Assembly (NCBI GenBank): GCA_009602735.1
Contig: WELA01003469.1
Coordinates: forward strand, 455,599-495,376
From: Mesotaenium endlicherianum
Lineage: Eukaryota
Direction of reading: 5' to 3'
Length of the DNA: 39,778 nucleotides
Shown one piece after another: positions 19,296 to 32,800 of this stretch (position 1 is its first letter; each line of letters begins with the position of its first letter). Under the pieces are notes generated by a model. The model made no database searches. It was not told where the DNA came from and worked only from the letters and a program-made list of their open reading frames with translations. Position numbers and translations under genes: made by a program.

Positions 19296-22200
19296 TCAGC
19301 AGCCAGTGAGGGCAATGGTGGCGTTGAGGGCGAGGGTGCTGGCGAGCGCCCAGTAGAAGCGCACCCACGTGAAGACAGAGAGGTAGGAGGAGAGAAGGCC
19401 GCAGTGCACGAGCGCACGGCGGAAGAAGTTGGGCGTGGGCGTGCTCGTGGTGCCCCCCGCCCGGCCTGCGCCGGCCACACGCAGCATCTCCAAGGGGTCC
19501 ACCATCGCCATCTGGCGCTTGTGGTTGTTCATGACCACGTTGTACACCTTGTGCTCGTAGATCTTGCCTGCCTTGTCCAGCTTGTACTCCGAGGTTCCGT
19601 CAAAGTGGCCCTGCGCCTCCCAGGGCACGCGCGGCAGGCCGCGCACGGCCCACCGCACCATGATGGTCTTATCATTGGGCTGCCAGATGCGCTGCACGTC
19701 CACCCACAGCGCGCGAAAGAAGATGCGCCCGTGGAAGCGCAGCGCCCAGAAGATGAGCTTGTAGTTGTCCATGCCCGCAAACGTGTTGAGAGGGTCGCAG
19801 AACGTGATATCGTCTCTGCTCGCACTCGCCACCCCCACCCCCGCATCGCGCCACATCCCAGACAAAGCCACCCCACAGGGTCATTCCACCATGATGACGG
19901 AAACGTACACCTTACAAACGGCGGCAAGTGCAGCCAGATGACGACTGATGCCCTATGCACGTACTTTGCAGGCGCCTCACACACTTGCTGCCTTCATTGC
20001 ACCAGAGATGGGAACTAACATAGCTGTCGCTTTCTCTCTGCCGACTTTGCAGATACTCCAGCAAGCGACATAACCAGCAAGGCAAGTTTCACGAGGTAAA
20101 CGCAGGAGGCGGAGGCGTCAGCGCACCTGTAGATATCGAATGTAAGCTCTCTGTAGAACATGCTGGGCAGCTCTTCGCGGAGGGTCCGGATGGCATAGCC
20201 CACGTTCACATAGTAGTTACTCTTCTCCTCACTCTCCTGCTTCTGCCTTGGGGGCGGGGAGGATTGCACAGCGGCGCTTAGGTATGATGCCATCCAGTTT
20301 CTGTACATGAGCTCTTCGGGTGCGATGAGCGGGGAGGGCGTGTGAGCGGGCAGGGGCGTTACCATGCGCACATCGTCTGCTGTCAGAAGCGGCACAAAGA
20401 AGTCCTCTGCAGATCCATCCACGGGGCACCCACTGGTCAGAAATGTGATATTATCGCGTCTCACAATAGATTATCATTCAGGTTGGATGACTCCAACACT
20501 ATAATCATGGAGAAGCCGTTGCAAGGTCAAAGTTAAGCTTACAGCAGAAACCTCAAGCCAGACTGAAGGGGCAAGAAACGCATAAATAAGGTACGCTTCC
20601 CAGCATGTAGAGACAGCGATGACATGATTGAAACGAGGCCACCCCAACATTCTCCAGGGAGGGGAGAGAGAGGCAAGAGGTCGTTAAGGGAGTGCCAGGC
20701 AAGCACACCTGCACCAGGAGGGCCAGCACGCGTCGAGGACTCCTCCTGCATCAGGCGCAACACACGAGTGAAAAGGTTAGCACCACTTGGGGCAGTACAC
20801 AATCAGGATTGGGCATCCATACTTCAGGACCAGGAGACAGATGGCAACCCCGCAGCCTTCACTGGCCAGCACAGCTGACATGTGCCAAAGCAGCCAAGTT
20901 TGTGCAGTAGACCAAAGAGTATGAACTGTCGCGAGTCACTCCTTTTTTGGGTGTTCCTTGCCACCATCATGGGTGACATGCAAGACTTGCACATGCTGCC
21001 GACACCTGACTCCACAGACTTGACCTCCGCGCAGCGGCACATTGCACTCGTTCCAAACCTTCACCTTACATCATCAGGGAATGATGTGATTGTTAACATT
21101 CTACCGTAGGTGAGGAGTGTCATGACCAGACAAAAGCTTTGCCTCTAGTGGTGCATCCCCATGCTGCTACTTCAACCCTGCACCTTTCATAGTGATGCTT
21201 AACATCAGCTGGCCTACAAAGGGCTACACAGCTCAACCCACCGTCCTGCCCAGGTAAATTCCTGACTATGACCTGATACCAGTGGTCATGACATATTTTG
21301 AGCATTCAAGTGACCCGTTGCGCCCTTCTCATGCGAGACATGCGTGGAACTTGTCTGCCGAAGTAAAAATCAAGGCCACGGCAGCAACTTCCGTTATATG
21401 CACTCAAGGGTAGGCCAGCAAAGTTAACTGCGATGAAGATGCACACCTGATGAGAATGCATACGCGCTGCAAGCAAATGTCTCAAATCCTCGCAACACAA
21501 TTCCTCTGGTGCTGGATGTGAGGCTGACGATACGGCTGTATCTATAATACTGTATGGCGCAAACGACTCATGTTTCTTCCTGCGCCATCAATATCCAAGT
21601 TAAAAAGCCAGCAGACAATAAAAAACAGACCACAAGACAAAGCTTTGCATAAAGAAATGGCCAATATATACTGACCAAAAGGCCTGAACGAGAAGGCATA
21701 GTAACCTGCCTCTGAGCCAGGTGTTAGAAGCGCAGCATGTCCGAGAACCTACACAAAGACATTTCATCTTTGCCTGGCTCCTCTGCACTTCCACAAAATA
21801 AATTGACTTAATGAACAAAGGCTTCGAAGACTCACTCGACAGTGGCAGTACTACATTCTGCAGCATCAACGCTTGATGCCATCACATGCACATTGGAAAT
21901 GCTATGGCATCGCTTATCATGATGCGGTGACTTCGGATGCCAACTTCCTTGCCTGCACAACCATAAAAAAGACGGAAAACTTTATTACATGAAGCGCTTT
22001 CGCAAACATAAAGTTCGTAAAGACCACTAGACGAAGAAACGCCTGCAATCATGGAGCATGCGTTCCTGGCACATTTGTATCCGCTGCTTTTCAATAAGCC
22101 ATGGTAAAAATACATAGGTCAAAGTGTAATACATCTTAGCTCAACGACAAGTGCAACTTCATGTAGCAAATACTTGAAAAAGACTAGGTCTCAACTTTGA

Positions 22201-22810
22201 CATACAGGGACTGCCTCACATGAACCGTTCATCAGGACCTTTACACCTTCAAATCACAAGCACGGCCAAGCTACATTTCTGTTGACTTGCACCCATTATT
22301 TTCAGTCGCCTAAGCTGAGTACCAATGGCAGGAACACCTCTAGGGTCTCAGTGGGCTCCAAGAGCCAAACAGAGGAAACCACCAGCGTCGCCTTGTTAGT
22401 ATGTTCAGACAACAAAACCTAACCCCCTTTCTACTCCAGGCAAGCCTCTCCGTGCATCATTTATGCACAATTATAGAGAGCAAAGCATGTAACCCCAAGT
22501 CAATACTAGCCAGCCATCCCCTGATGTCACCATGCTTAGCTAGTGATGTGATGGAAAGCAAGAACTGTACCTTGCTGCCCATCTATGATATATTTTTCCG
22601 GCGATGGGTGGGCAAGGCATACCTAGTTTGCAGACCTCTGGGAATTGAAGCTGTAATCTGAGGAGCACTCAAAATTTCCGTGTGACATGAAGTTGGAGTG
22701 CCCCCCAAGCTTTGTTTTGAACCAACTTGAATACTATGGCACCTCTGACCTAAGCCCTTGCTTGCTATATATAATATCGTGATCCCCGGCGAGGCCACCG
22801 TCGCAGCCAT
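19296..22810 (-). CDS. DUF2358 (SnoaL/NTF2-like) protein, probably plastid-targeted; confident exons ~20406-20127 and 19815-19296, tentative upstream exons (22810-22623, ~21058-21006, ~20746-20709)
   Basis: YYVNVGYAIRTLREELP...FDIYR|DDITFCDPLNTFAGMDNYKLIFWALRFHGRIFF...VRWAVRGLPRVPWEAQGHFDGTSEYKLDKAGKIYEHKV matches the plant DUF2358 family. The AG|GT...CAG|A splice keeps the frame. The 5' exons are inferred from splice signals only. Confidence 0.8.
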
Positions 22811-23789
22811 GGACAAGCTATTTCTTTCAAAAACGTCTACCCTTCAGGGTGGCTGCACTGACTCACTTCCTTCCCTACTGCAAAAAGGTTGCAATACTTG
22901 CTACTAGATGCGGGTCCGACTTACTCGCAGAGAGCATATACAATTGCAAGAAACTTTTACTGCATTTGACATGGAGTTAATATGAAGAGGTGTCGACGTC
23001 GTTTTTACATTGCAGTGTCATTCTTGTGTGGTGAGGAGCCCGGTTACTTTTTAGCAGGGCGATCGACGCAGGGGATGCCTGCTAATCGTGTCTCCGTGGC
23101 AAACCTGTTCAGCGACGTCGTTACTGCACAATTTTAAATGCTCAGAATGTCGCCTTTATGTCGCAAAGAGGCAACCATGCGACACGAAAAAACATGCACC
23201 CCCGTGCGACTAGACTACTCATGGGCACCTAAATGAGGGATTCCTGCGGTTTACCAGATACCTTTTTCCTTAACACCAACGATGTCCGCAAATCGTGAGC
23301 GTCGGTGTCGATCTGCCTCCTCTGATGTTAAGAAATATTGTCAAAGCAAATTCGACCGATTACTGTTAACAAGTCAACCTCGACTTCTAGGCTGTTTTGC
23401 ACGGATTTGCACTGCAGCTTGTTGCACACTCGGCTATCTAGGGCCTGTTTAATCACATTGCATGCGAGCACTTCCACTGCACTGTTACTAGTGCTACCCA
23501 TCCCGAGCATGTAGGACCAGGATAGGGCACTCGATGGTTTCCCGGGCCTATATTTTTGGATGTCCGATTGAACTGCCGATTCTTCGAAAAGCATTCGTTA
23601 ATTCTCTCTTCGTTGGCTGCTTCGATGTTTTCTTTGTGTCTCCAGGAAAACGCAAGACTTCTAGCTGTACATTTGCAGGCGTAATGAGTCAGGATGGATG
23701 TTGTTGGCCTTACTCTTCCACACGCCATCAAGCTCCCTTTCAAGCGCGCAAGTTGTGAAGGCCGAATGGCTTCCGATTAACGGCTTGGG

Positions 23790-25885
23790 ATGATGGCTTA
23801 CACCTCTGGAAACGGTAAGTGTGCCACTGATGAAGGTAACATTTTAAAGAAATATCTAGAATTTTGCACAGGTCCTCTCAATCAGCGGTGTGCACCCGGA
23901 TGATGCACACCATATCCTCTTGGACTATGTTACTCGCGCTTCATGTTGTTGGTGGTCTTCAATCAAGTACCTTTTTGGGCAACTCAATGAAGATCCTTTT
24001 GCTTGTTCACATATGGTCAACTATATCAATAGCGAGATTCTGAAATAGCGACGTTTTAGATGCCTTGCAGCCCAATCGAAAAGGCAGTCGGATATGGTCA
24101 TCATTTGACGTTGAGAGGTTTTTTGTGGTGCTGGTCCAGGACCTCTTCCAAAGAAACGACGTGTTCCTCATGTATCACTCAGTGATCTTCCTGAAGGCAC
24201 ACTCCTCCGCGTATTTTCTCTTGTCTCTCCTACCAGGGACCTACCTAGATTGCGTCAAGTCTGCCAGAAGTGGAGCAGACTTGGGAGAGAAGTAGTGGAT
24301 TCTGTGTCCATACTTTCCAGGCCAATGCATGGTCCTTACTTTCGAAACTTCCCTAATATAAAATCTTTAACTGTAGACGCCAATCTGTTAGAGGAAGTAT
24401 TTACTGAGGAACTTGCTTTGAAGTGTCTGTCCCTGACCACTATGACTGTGACTGGGGTAATGGGGCCCTTAGACGGGCTTATGGATGTCATCAGTAAGTG
24501 TAAGAGCCTAAGACAAATTCATATTTCTCATTGGCGGTCTTCTATAAACTTAATAGGCCTATTGGAGAATGGGTGCAAACTTAAGTCTCTTGCCTTTAGT
24601 CCCACAAGGTTTACTGCCCATGAACCAGAGGTCCATATGTATCAACACGCGTTGGGAAGCACTAGCGGTAAGCAGACATCGAGGGAGACTTGCGATGTTA
24701 GTCAAAGGCTTGTAGGGGTTACATGCGTTCCTCAAGTGTGCCCTACCAAAAACAAAATGAGCAGTTCGACATGTTGGCCTTCTATGGTCCACTTGTGTGT
24801 GTCAGATACAGACTTCACCAATGATGGGCTTATCCTTGTAGGGAAGGCTTGTCCATCATTAAAGTTCTTAGAGATTGCGAAGTTGCCTCTCATTACCCTA
24901 GAGGGCATCCAATTGGTGGTAAAGGTGTGCCCTTTGCTGTATCTCGATGTTCGGGAATCCACTAGCCAAAGCCAGCACCTGGTGCAGACAATAAGCAGCT
25001 CTAGCCTTTCAAGTCTAGTAGTGGAAGCTTACAGGGATGTGGTGCGAGGCAGCCTAGTCGGCATTCATACTAGACTCCCAAATTTGACATGTTTAGACTT
25101 TGGCTCGTCAGATTTTGAGGAATTCAACTCTTTGGGACACAGCGACGAATCGGAGATGCCAACTCTGGCTCGTTTTGGATTATCTGAGAGAGATAGAGTG
25201 CAGACGTTGAGATCGGTGAAGTTTTATGACACTCCAAGCATAAAGCCCTACGTGCTTGGAACCCTGCTGACACTGTGGCCTCAATTGACGCACTTCTCTG
25301 CCCGTACTTACACAAGCTTAGGGCATCTGCAAGTCCTCGCAGCTGCATGCCCCCAGGTCTATTTTCTGCCCTACTGTAGTCGTCATTTTTTGCTGCACGA
25401 GGAACAATGCTAGAGTGAAGGCCTGTTATACGTAGCTCTAGTGCAAGCGGTTTCAAGCACACTGGCCACTGGTCTTGACGAATTATGAGGGCTCTCCACC
25501 TCCAAATGCTTATCATTGTATTGTTATGTTCCTTGTGCAGCTGATGTACCTGGAGACCGTGGATGGTTGGTGCTGGCCACAGACTGCCTATTTTCCAGAA
25601 CTGAACTATCTGCATCTGAAGAGCGAGGAATTGGACGTCGTCAACCTCGCTGGAATCGCCAAGCTTTGCCCAAAAGTCACCACTTTGAAGCTCTCATGCA
25701 GAATCGTGACAGGTTCTTGCTACATGGCAAATTTTGCTGGAAAGGATCTGGCTCAAGACCGCGGTCTGAGAAGTGCTTTGCGTGGAGAATTGGTTACCTA
25801 CTTCAAGGCACTGGATGCTCTAATCGTGTCTAGCTTTGAAGATACCAAAGTAAATGTGGGCGCTACAAGCCTGCTTGATTGCTAA
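23790..25885 (+). CDS. F-box / leucine-rich-repeat (RNI-like) protein; exons ~23790-23814 (tentative), ~24116-25356, 25541-25885
   Basis: In frame upstream of ORF 24250: PKKRR (NLS-like), then LSDLPEGTLLRVFSLV...DLPRLRQVCQKW (F-box). LRR-like units FTNDGLILVGKACPSLKFLEI, LAAACPQ|LMYL and IAKLCPKVTTLKL. CAG|GT and CAG|CTG splice sites. Confidence 0.82.
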
Positions 25886-26887
25886 GTGCATGAGCTGAGG
25901 GGACAATGCTTGCATAGATGAGTAAATTCATGCGACTTTGAAGAAGATGAGCTCCCTGTGCTTGTTTTTGGTATTTTGTTATGGTGTTTCAACTATGAGC
26001 TACTGTCAATCAGACAGTCTGCGAGCTAGTTGTGTATTTTCCCATAATTGTTGGGAATCGTGTGGCTTCCCTTTGCTTATCAGTCGAAAATGGTCCAAGA
26101 TGAAAACAAGTAATAGCTCTCTTTGCAATGATATAGAAATTGTTGAGCAGAAAGTTTCACCAGTAAGTAGTCACAGATGCTACAAAGAAGATGCAGCTGC
26201 ATGCCTACCAAACATATGTACAATCAGAATGGTAGGCCTGTACTTGGCCCCAACGTTTGCCTGTATTCAACATGCTCTAACAACGGTGACACCAACGGTT
26301 GACTGTCGGGGAAGGAAGGTGTGCACATTCTTAGGTGCTGCTGAACCTCCCGGCAACAAGACTGTCCACTTAGTCTCTGCTGAAGCTTGCAGCCTTGTGG
26401 GGCTAGGTTAGCAGGGCGTTGCCAAAAGCCTCAACAACAGACTTGTCTTCCTTCCTTCTTCTGTTAGTGCTTTGCATGATTACTCAGCACTCCGCCTGCT
26501 CCTCTGCAAAGCACAGCGCGGAGAATTTGCCTGACAGTCAGCAATTTACTCCGTCGCTTCACTCCAAATAAATATTTGTGTTCCCCCAACAGGCAGCCCA
26601 CCATGAGAACCACTGAAGCAGCTCAACCAGCCCCCCTGTGGAGCAGAGGACCTCTACAGCCCTACAACTAAATGCACCAGCATCATCACTATGCCCTCGA
26701 CATCCAAGCGCTGTAAGATGAGCCTTGAAAGCCAGGCACAGCTAGCACTGTAGCTCGTGAAAAGAAATTGACCCATGTTAACCTGCGACAACACAGGTGT
26801 CAACATCAGAGGCACCACCAGGAGAGCGGTGGAGAACGAGAGACATGACCGCAAGTAAGGGGTTGCTGCTGCTAGGGTGGGCTCAAC

Positions 26888-29800
26888 CTACCGCTTGGCG
26901 TTGGCGTTGGCAGTGGTGTCGGCGTCAACAGAGCTCAGGCCCTGCAGCTGTCCAGTCTTTCCAGCTTCCTCGACTGCCGCCGGGTCGTTCCGGTGGGGTC
27001 CGGTCAAATCGCCACGTGGCAGCTCGCCACTGCTGCCGCTGGCTCCCTGACCCCGGGGACCACCGGGAGGACCACTCCCAGCTCCTGGCTCTGCAACGTG
27101 TCCGAGCCCCCCTTTGGAACCGTCGGCCGGCCCCTGCTTGCCGCCCGGTGGGCCAATTGGCTGCATGCTCTGGTTGGTCAGCCGCCCATTGCCACCCGCC
27201 TGCCCGTGGCTCGCCTTAGCCGGGCCGTTTGCGGCTTGGCCTCTCCGACTGTCCTGCTGCTGCTGACGTTCGAACGCAGCACTGCCAGGTGGCATGGCAG
27301 GGTTGGCTCCACCCGAGGCTGGCGTGTTCGGCACGGAAGCTCCACCCCGAGCGGAGGATGAGGCGCCCGAGGCCGAGGCTGTCGGCTTGGGGGGTGCCGG
27401 CAGCGAGGCTATGGAGTCTCTGGCACCCTCCCGCAGGTACACGTAGTCGTTGTCCACCAGCACAAAGATCTGCACGTGCAGCAGGCAGGGAGGTGCAAGG
27501 GCCAGGGTCACTCCTCGCGGCGCTTTTCACATCCACGCCTGGTCCTACACCAGACCAAGAACATTCTGACTCCACACCAACCACCTCACATGTCTAATGC
27601 CGCTGCCTCCTTGTCACCCCACTTCGCCAGACAGCGCATGCCGCCTGCCTGCCTGTCTCCTGGAGATGGAGATTGGGCCAACAGCATGCACGCCAAGCAG
27701 GCCTTAATCCTCCAACCACCCGCACGCACGCACGTACACATTTTGGCAGCAGCAGCAACCAAACATCGTCGACAGGAACCCTACCTGCTTGCACGTGCGC
27801 TCCATGCGCAAGTGATCAAGGAGGACAGGGAGAGCACGCAGGCAGGCATGCCCGTACCTCGGGGTGGGCGGCGATGAAGCGATGCAGCGAGCCGTGGAGC
27901 GCCTCGTAGTCGGCCCAGAGCCGCGGCGTCAGCAGCTTGCCCAGCCGGCTCATCACCTGCCGCAGCAGCAGGAGGCAGGCAGGGAGAGAGGCACGTCATC
28001 CTGGTCAGTGGCGGCTGCGGCAGCAGCTGAGCGGGTGGACGTCTGGCAGGAGGGTTAGACCTCCTCTCGCCTTGTCTGGAAGCTAAAGAAGCACCAGAAG
28101 CTGATTGTTTGGCAACATGACTCTCTCCCCTCTCTCATGCACCTTGCAGCGCCAACAGCCCCATCCCTTGTGGGCTGCCAGAATCAAGCAACTAGACTAA
28201 GGCCGAGAGGCGGCCTCAGCAGACTGCGAGAGTGAGGGAGGGAGAGAGGGAGGGAGAAATGGAGGAAGGGACAGGCAGGCGTAGAGTGGAGTGGAGGAGA
28301 GAGTGGAGGAGGGTGCCGACGAACGCACGGTGGAGGAGATGTGCATGATGGCGGACGGGTCCTGGGGGATGATGCGCACAAAGCACGTGAGGAGCGCGCG
28401 CTCGTCCATCAGCTTCGCTCCCCCGCCCCCTCCCTGCTGCTGCTGCTGGCCCTGAGGGGGGGGCAAAAGCTGCCCCTCCGGCGCACCCTGGAGGCTGCCG
28501 CCGCGGGGCGCCTCCGCCTGCGCCGCATCAGGCAGGAACTGCTGCTGCGGCTGAGCAGGAGCGGGAGGGGGAGGGGGGGGCGGCAGCAGGGGGAGGGGGA
28601 TGGTGCCGACGGAGAGCTGCTCCACGCCCGAGCTGATGATGCCTTGCTGGTGCTGGTGCTGCAGCTGCTGCTGCTGCTGCTGCTGAATCTGCTGCTGCAT
28701 CTGCATGTGCATGTGCAGCTGCATCTGTTGCTGCATCTGCACCTGCTGCTGCTGCTGCTGCTGCGGATGCAGGTGCAGATGCTGGGGCTGTAGCTGGCCG
28801 GGAAGGGGCCCCTTCTGCTGCTGCATGCTGGGCGGCCGGGATTGGTCCTGCTCGCGGGACGGCTGCGGCTGCGGCTGCTGACTGGGCGGCTGGCCAGGCG
28901 TGCCTTGCTGGCTGATGGGCTCGCCCGAAAGCTGCTGCTGCTGCTGCTGCTGTCTGACGTGCAGATTGCCGTGGTTGGGCGGCTGAATGGGAGGCTGGGG
29001 CACCCTCACGGCTGGTGGCCTGTCAGCCTCCTGTTGCTGCAGGAGCTGGCGAGCTGCTGCTGCTGTGGGTGCCGCCTGCTGCTGCTCCTGCTGCTGCTGC
29101 TGCTGCTGCTGCAGGGGCAGCTGGTGGATGAGGGGCAGCATTCCGCCTCCCCCTGCCTGCACACGCATTCATGCTCACACAATGCTCCGTTGCAGTCAAA
29201 CTTCTCCATTTCCAATTTGGTTAGCCGCACTTGCCAAAGGCCCCGCATCCCTCGTCACTCAAACAACACCAGCAGCACCGCGCCCTCCCCCTCCCGGCCT
29301 CTGGGCCCTCCGCTCACGCATCAGCGTTGCCCTGTCTCCACTCCACGTGAAACACGGCGGGATTGCCGGGTGCCGGTTGTCACACCAAACAAGCACAGGG
29401 ACAGGACAGGGACAGCACGTCGCCAAGTGTTACTCTCACCTCCCCTTCCCTCCCTCCCCTCTCAAGAATCTGTACGCAGCATGAGTTGCACACATGATCA
29501 AACACATGATATCCATGAAGTAGGAGCCAAGGAGGAAAAGGAGGTGGAGCGGGAGCGAGAGGGGGAGGCGCAAAGCAGGGGAAGAGCCCCGGGGCTTCAG
29601 GACAAGAACCCAGCCGAATGAATTGGAGACGAAAAAACGGACCAATTTTGCCAAATTATCGCTTTACGACCGATAACGTTAGGCTCACATTCACACCTAT
29701 TGCATTCAAAGAGCGATTCACAGGAGCCTCATAAATACAGAGCCCGCAAATTGAGTGTGGCAAGCTCGCATGCGTGCCTTCTGCTGCTGCTGCTGCTGCA

Positions 29801-32800
29801 AGACGTCTGCAGTGTTGCTGAGGGGGCATCGATTTTGCGATAGGGTCAGTGCAAGCAACAGGTACACAAAGAGCATTCTGTGCGCGATCGTCGCACGACC
29901 GCATCCATCTCTCTCAGGCCAGCGTCCGCCACCATGTGCGCATGTGCACGTAGATAGGCGTGCACATGCTTGTGTGTGTGTGCACGCCTATACATGTATA
30001 TATTTAAATTTGGGTGTGTACACCCGCATGCGTGTGCGTGTGTATGCAAACTCTCACTCACTGCCTCAAGAGGCCTGAGAGGAAGAGTGTGGCTCGCTTG
30101 AGTGGGCACCTGCTGGGGGGGCAACTGCTGGAGCAGAGGTGGCACCTGCCGCAGATGCTGCTGAGCTGTCATCACCGGCATACCCTGCAGGGGTAGGGGA
30201 AGTGCCAGCTGTCCATCATGGACGGCATGCGGCCCCCCCAAGTGAAGCTGCTGCTGGTGGAGCTGGAGCATGCCAAAGTGGGGCAGGTGATGCCCGCCCG
30301 GCTGCACGCCTGGCGTGCTCAGGAGCGGTGGCACCACGGCTGCCGTCGCCACGCCAGGTGGCCGAACCTCAACCTGCTGAGGCGCGTGCGCACGCGCGCG
30401 CGTGTGCGCCAGGGAGAGGAAACGCCCCGCCCCACAATCTCCACGTCAGCTCACCGGAGAAGGATGCCTCATAATAGAAGCTTATGATTTGCTCGGCGCT
30501 GCCTCACCCACGCTACAGTGGGTGCCAGCCAGCCAGCGGCAACGCCGGCAACTTTCACCAAACCCCCGGACCCCAGCGTCCCAAACAGCTGTGTGCAAAT
30601 GGCCACCTGTCACGGCTAGTGATTGCAGGCTGCAATGCACATGCCAGGAGGCTGCGGCCCGCGGGAGGAAAGGAAGCACAGCATACGCTGCTGCTGCTAC
30701 AGTGCTATCCGACTGGAACAGTAACCGGCAGCAACTGTTCCCGTCGCAGCCCAGCCAAGGATGGACTCTGGCCGACCGACTGGGGAGACCCACCAACCGC
30801 CTGGCTGACTGACTGACTGACTGACTGACCGACTGACGGACAGACGAATCGACTGCCTGCCTGCCCAACCGCCCGCTTGCCAGCCAGCAGCTCTCAGCAA
30901 GCCCGCACAAAGGCAACAACAGCCTCCATGAAAGAGGCCAGGCCTCTGGCCGTCAGCTGAGATGGCTGCATGGCATGCCATGGCAGGGCAGGGCAGGACA
31001 GGGCAGGGGCGCATGCATGCATTGTGACCCTTGAGCACACTCACCTGCTGATGCTGATGCTGATGCTGGTGCTGGTGCTGATGGGGCATCAGAGCACCAT
31101 TTTGGGAGCCCATGGCCTGGTGCTGCCGCTGCTGCTGGCCTCCCTGGCCCGGGGGGGCCTTTGCGGCGCTGCCCCCACCTCCTCCGCCACCGCTGGCAAG
31201 AGCACGCATCAGCACCTGACCGCCTCTTGCATTGGCAGCCTCCTCCTCCTCCTCCTCCTGCTGCTGCTGCTGCTGCCGCTGCCTCTCACTGGCAGGGGGG
31301 CCCTGTTCTGTGCCCCCACCTCCTCCTTCTCCTCTTGCTGCTGCTGATGTAGCAGCGTGTGCGCCGCCGTTGGCAGCCTGCCTCTTGCCTTGGTGCTGCT
31401 GCTGCTGTTGTTGGGCTGCAGCCACAGCAACGGCAGGCGCGACCTCGGGTGCGCCATCTGGCAGCGCGTGGGCCAGCTGCTTGTGGAGCTCCGCAATGGC
31501 GTGCTGCAGCTGCTGTATTATGTGCGCGTGATACCTCTCACTCTCCGCCAGCTGTCACCATCATCGGCACGCAAGTGAAGCACCCACCTGTCCGGTGTCA
31601 CTGAAACGGACGAGCTCTAGTCTTACACATGCTGGCAGCAAGTTCAGGACTTGGAAGATCAACAGGACTCTATAGGACATAGAAAAATAAGGCCTGCAGT
31701 AAGTCCCTATTTAACATAAGAAGCAGATTGCTTGCACCCACTATGCGTGCAAGAACCAGCAAGATGCGGCAAAGGCTACGGACACACACGCACACGTACC
31801 CAGAGGGAGGCAAGGAAGGAGGGAGGGAAGGGGGGAGGGGAGGGGGAGGAAGGCAGGGAAGGAGCACTAGGGAGGAAGGGGGAGAGAAGGGGGNNNNNNN
31901 NNNNNNNNNNNNNNNNNNNNNNNNNNNNNNNNNNNNNNNNNNNNNNNNNNNNNNNNNNNNNNNNNNNNNNNNNNNNNNNNNNNNNNNNNNNNNNNNNNNN
32001 NNNNNNNNNNNNNNNNNNNGGGGGGAGAGAAGAGAAAGGGGATGTGGGTCAGTGCGGACCTGCTGCTGCTGGTGCTGCTGCAGCATGAAGAGGCGGTTGT
32101 ACTGCTCCCCGCGCTCGCGCAGCTCCGCCTGCAGGCCCTGCTGCGTGGCGGCTGCGTGCGCCTCCAGCTCGTGCGAGTGCGCCAGCCAGCCCTGCTGCCC
32201 CGCCTGCACCGCCTCCTCCTTGGCCCACATCTCCTCCTGCGCCGCTTGCATCTGCTCCTCCGCCTCCCCCCCAGCCCAGCCCAGACAGCCCCGGCAGCAC
32301 AGGCAGGCGTGTGACGGAGTGAGAACGGCAGGGCTGGACGTGAGGTGAGACCATCTGCTTGCGCTACACACACTTATCCATGTGCGTGCTTACATGCTTG
32401 TGTGTGTGCGTGTGAGCGCGCTTGCCCATGTGCAAGTATGCATGTGCGCATATTCGTGAGTGAGTTGGCCTGGGGAGTACGCTAAGCTGGGAGGAAGTCA
32501 TTGAGTCAACCGGGTAGGGGGGAAGAGTGGGGACAGGTGGCAAGCCACAATGGTTTCACACAGCAAAAGAGGAGTAAGGCCTGCCAGAACAAAAAGTGAG
32601 AAGCAGAGAGGGGAGGAGAGAGCCCTCGTAGTGGCGACAGATGCCACATGCTCCCCAAGTCATGTGCGCACAAACGCACGCACGCATGCACCTGGGAGGA
32701 GGGGAGGAATGGCCCCTTGTAGTCCCGACAGACATCAGACGTTATGACACGCACGCATGCACGCACGCATGCACGCACGCACCTGAGAGCGGGCCTGCTG

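Noticed and set aside
25938..26411. 157-aa plus-strand ORF after the F-box gene
   Set aside because: Non-ATG start, no domain or clear codon bias, and it sits in the 3' UTR/intergenic zone between convergent genes.
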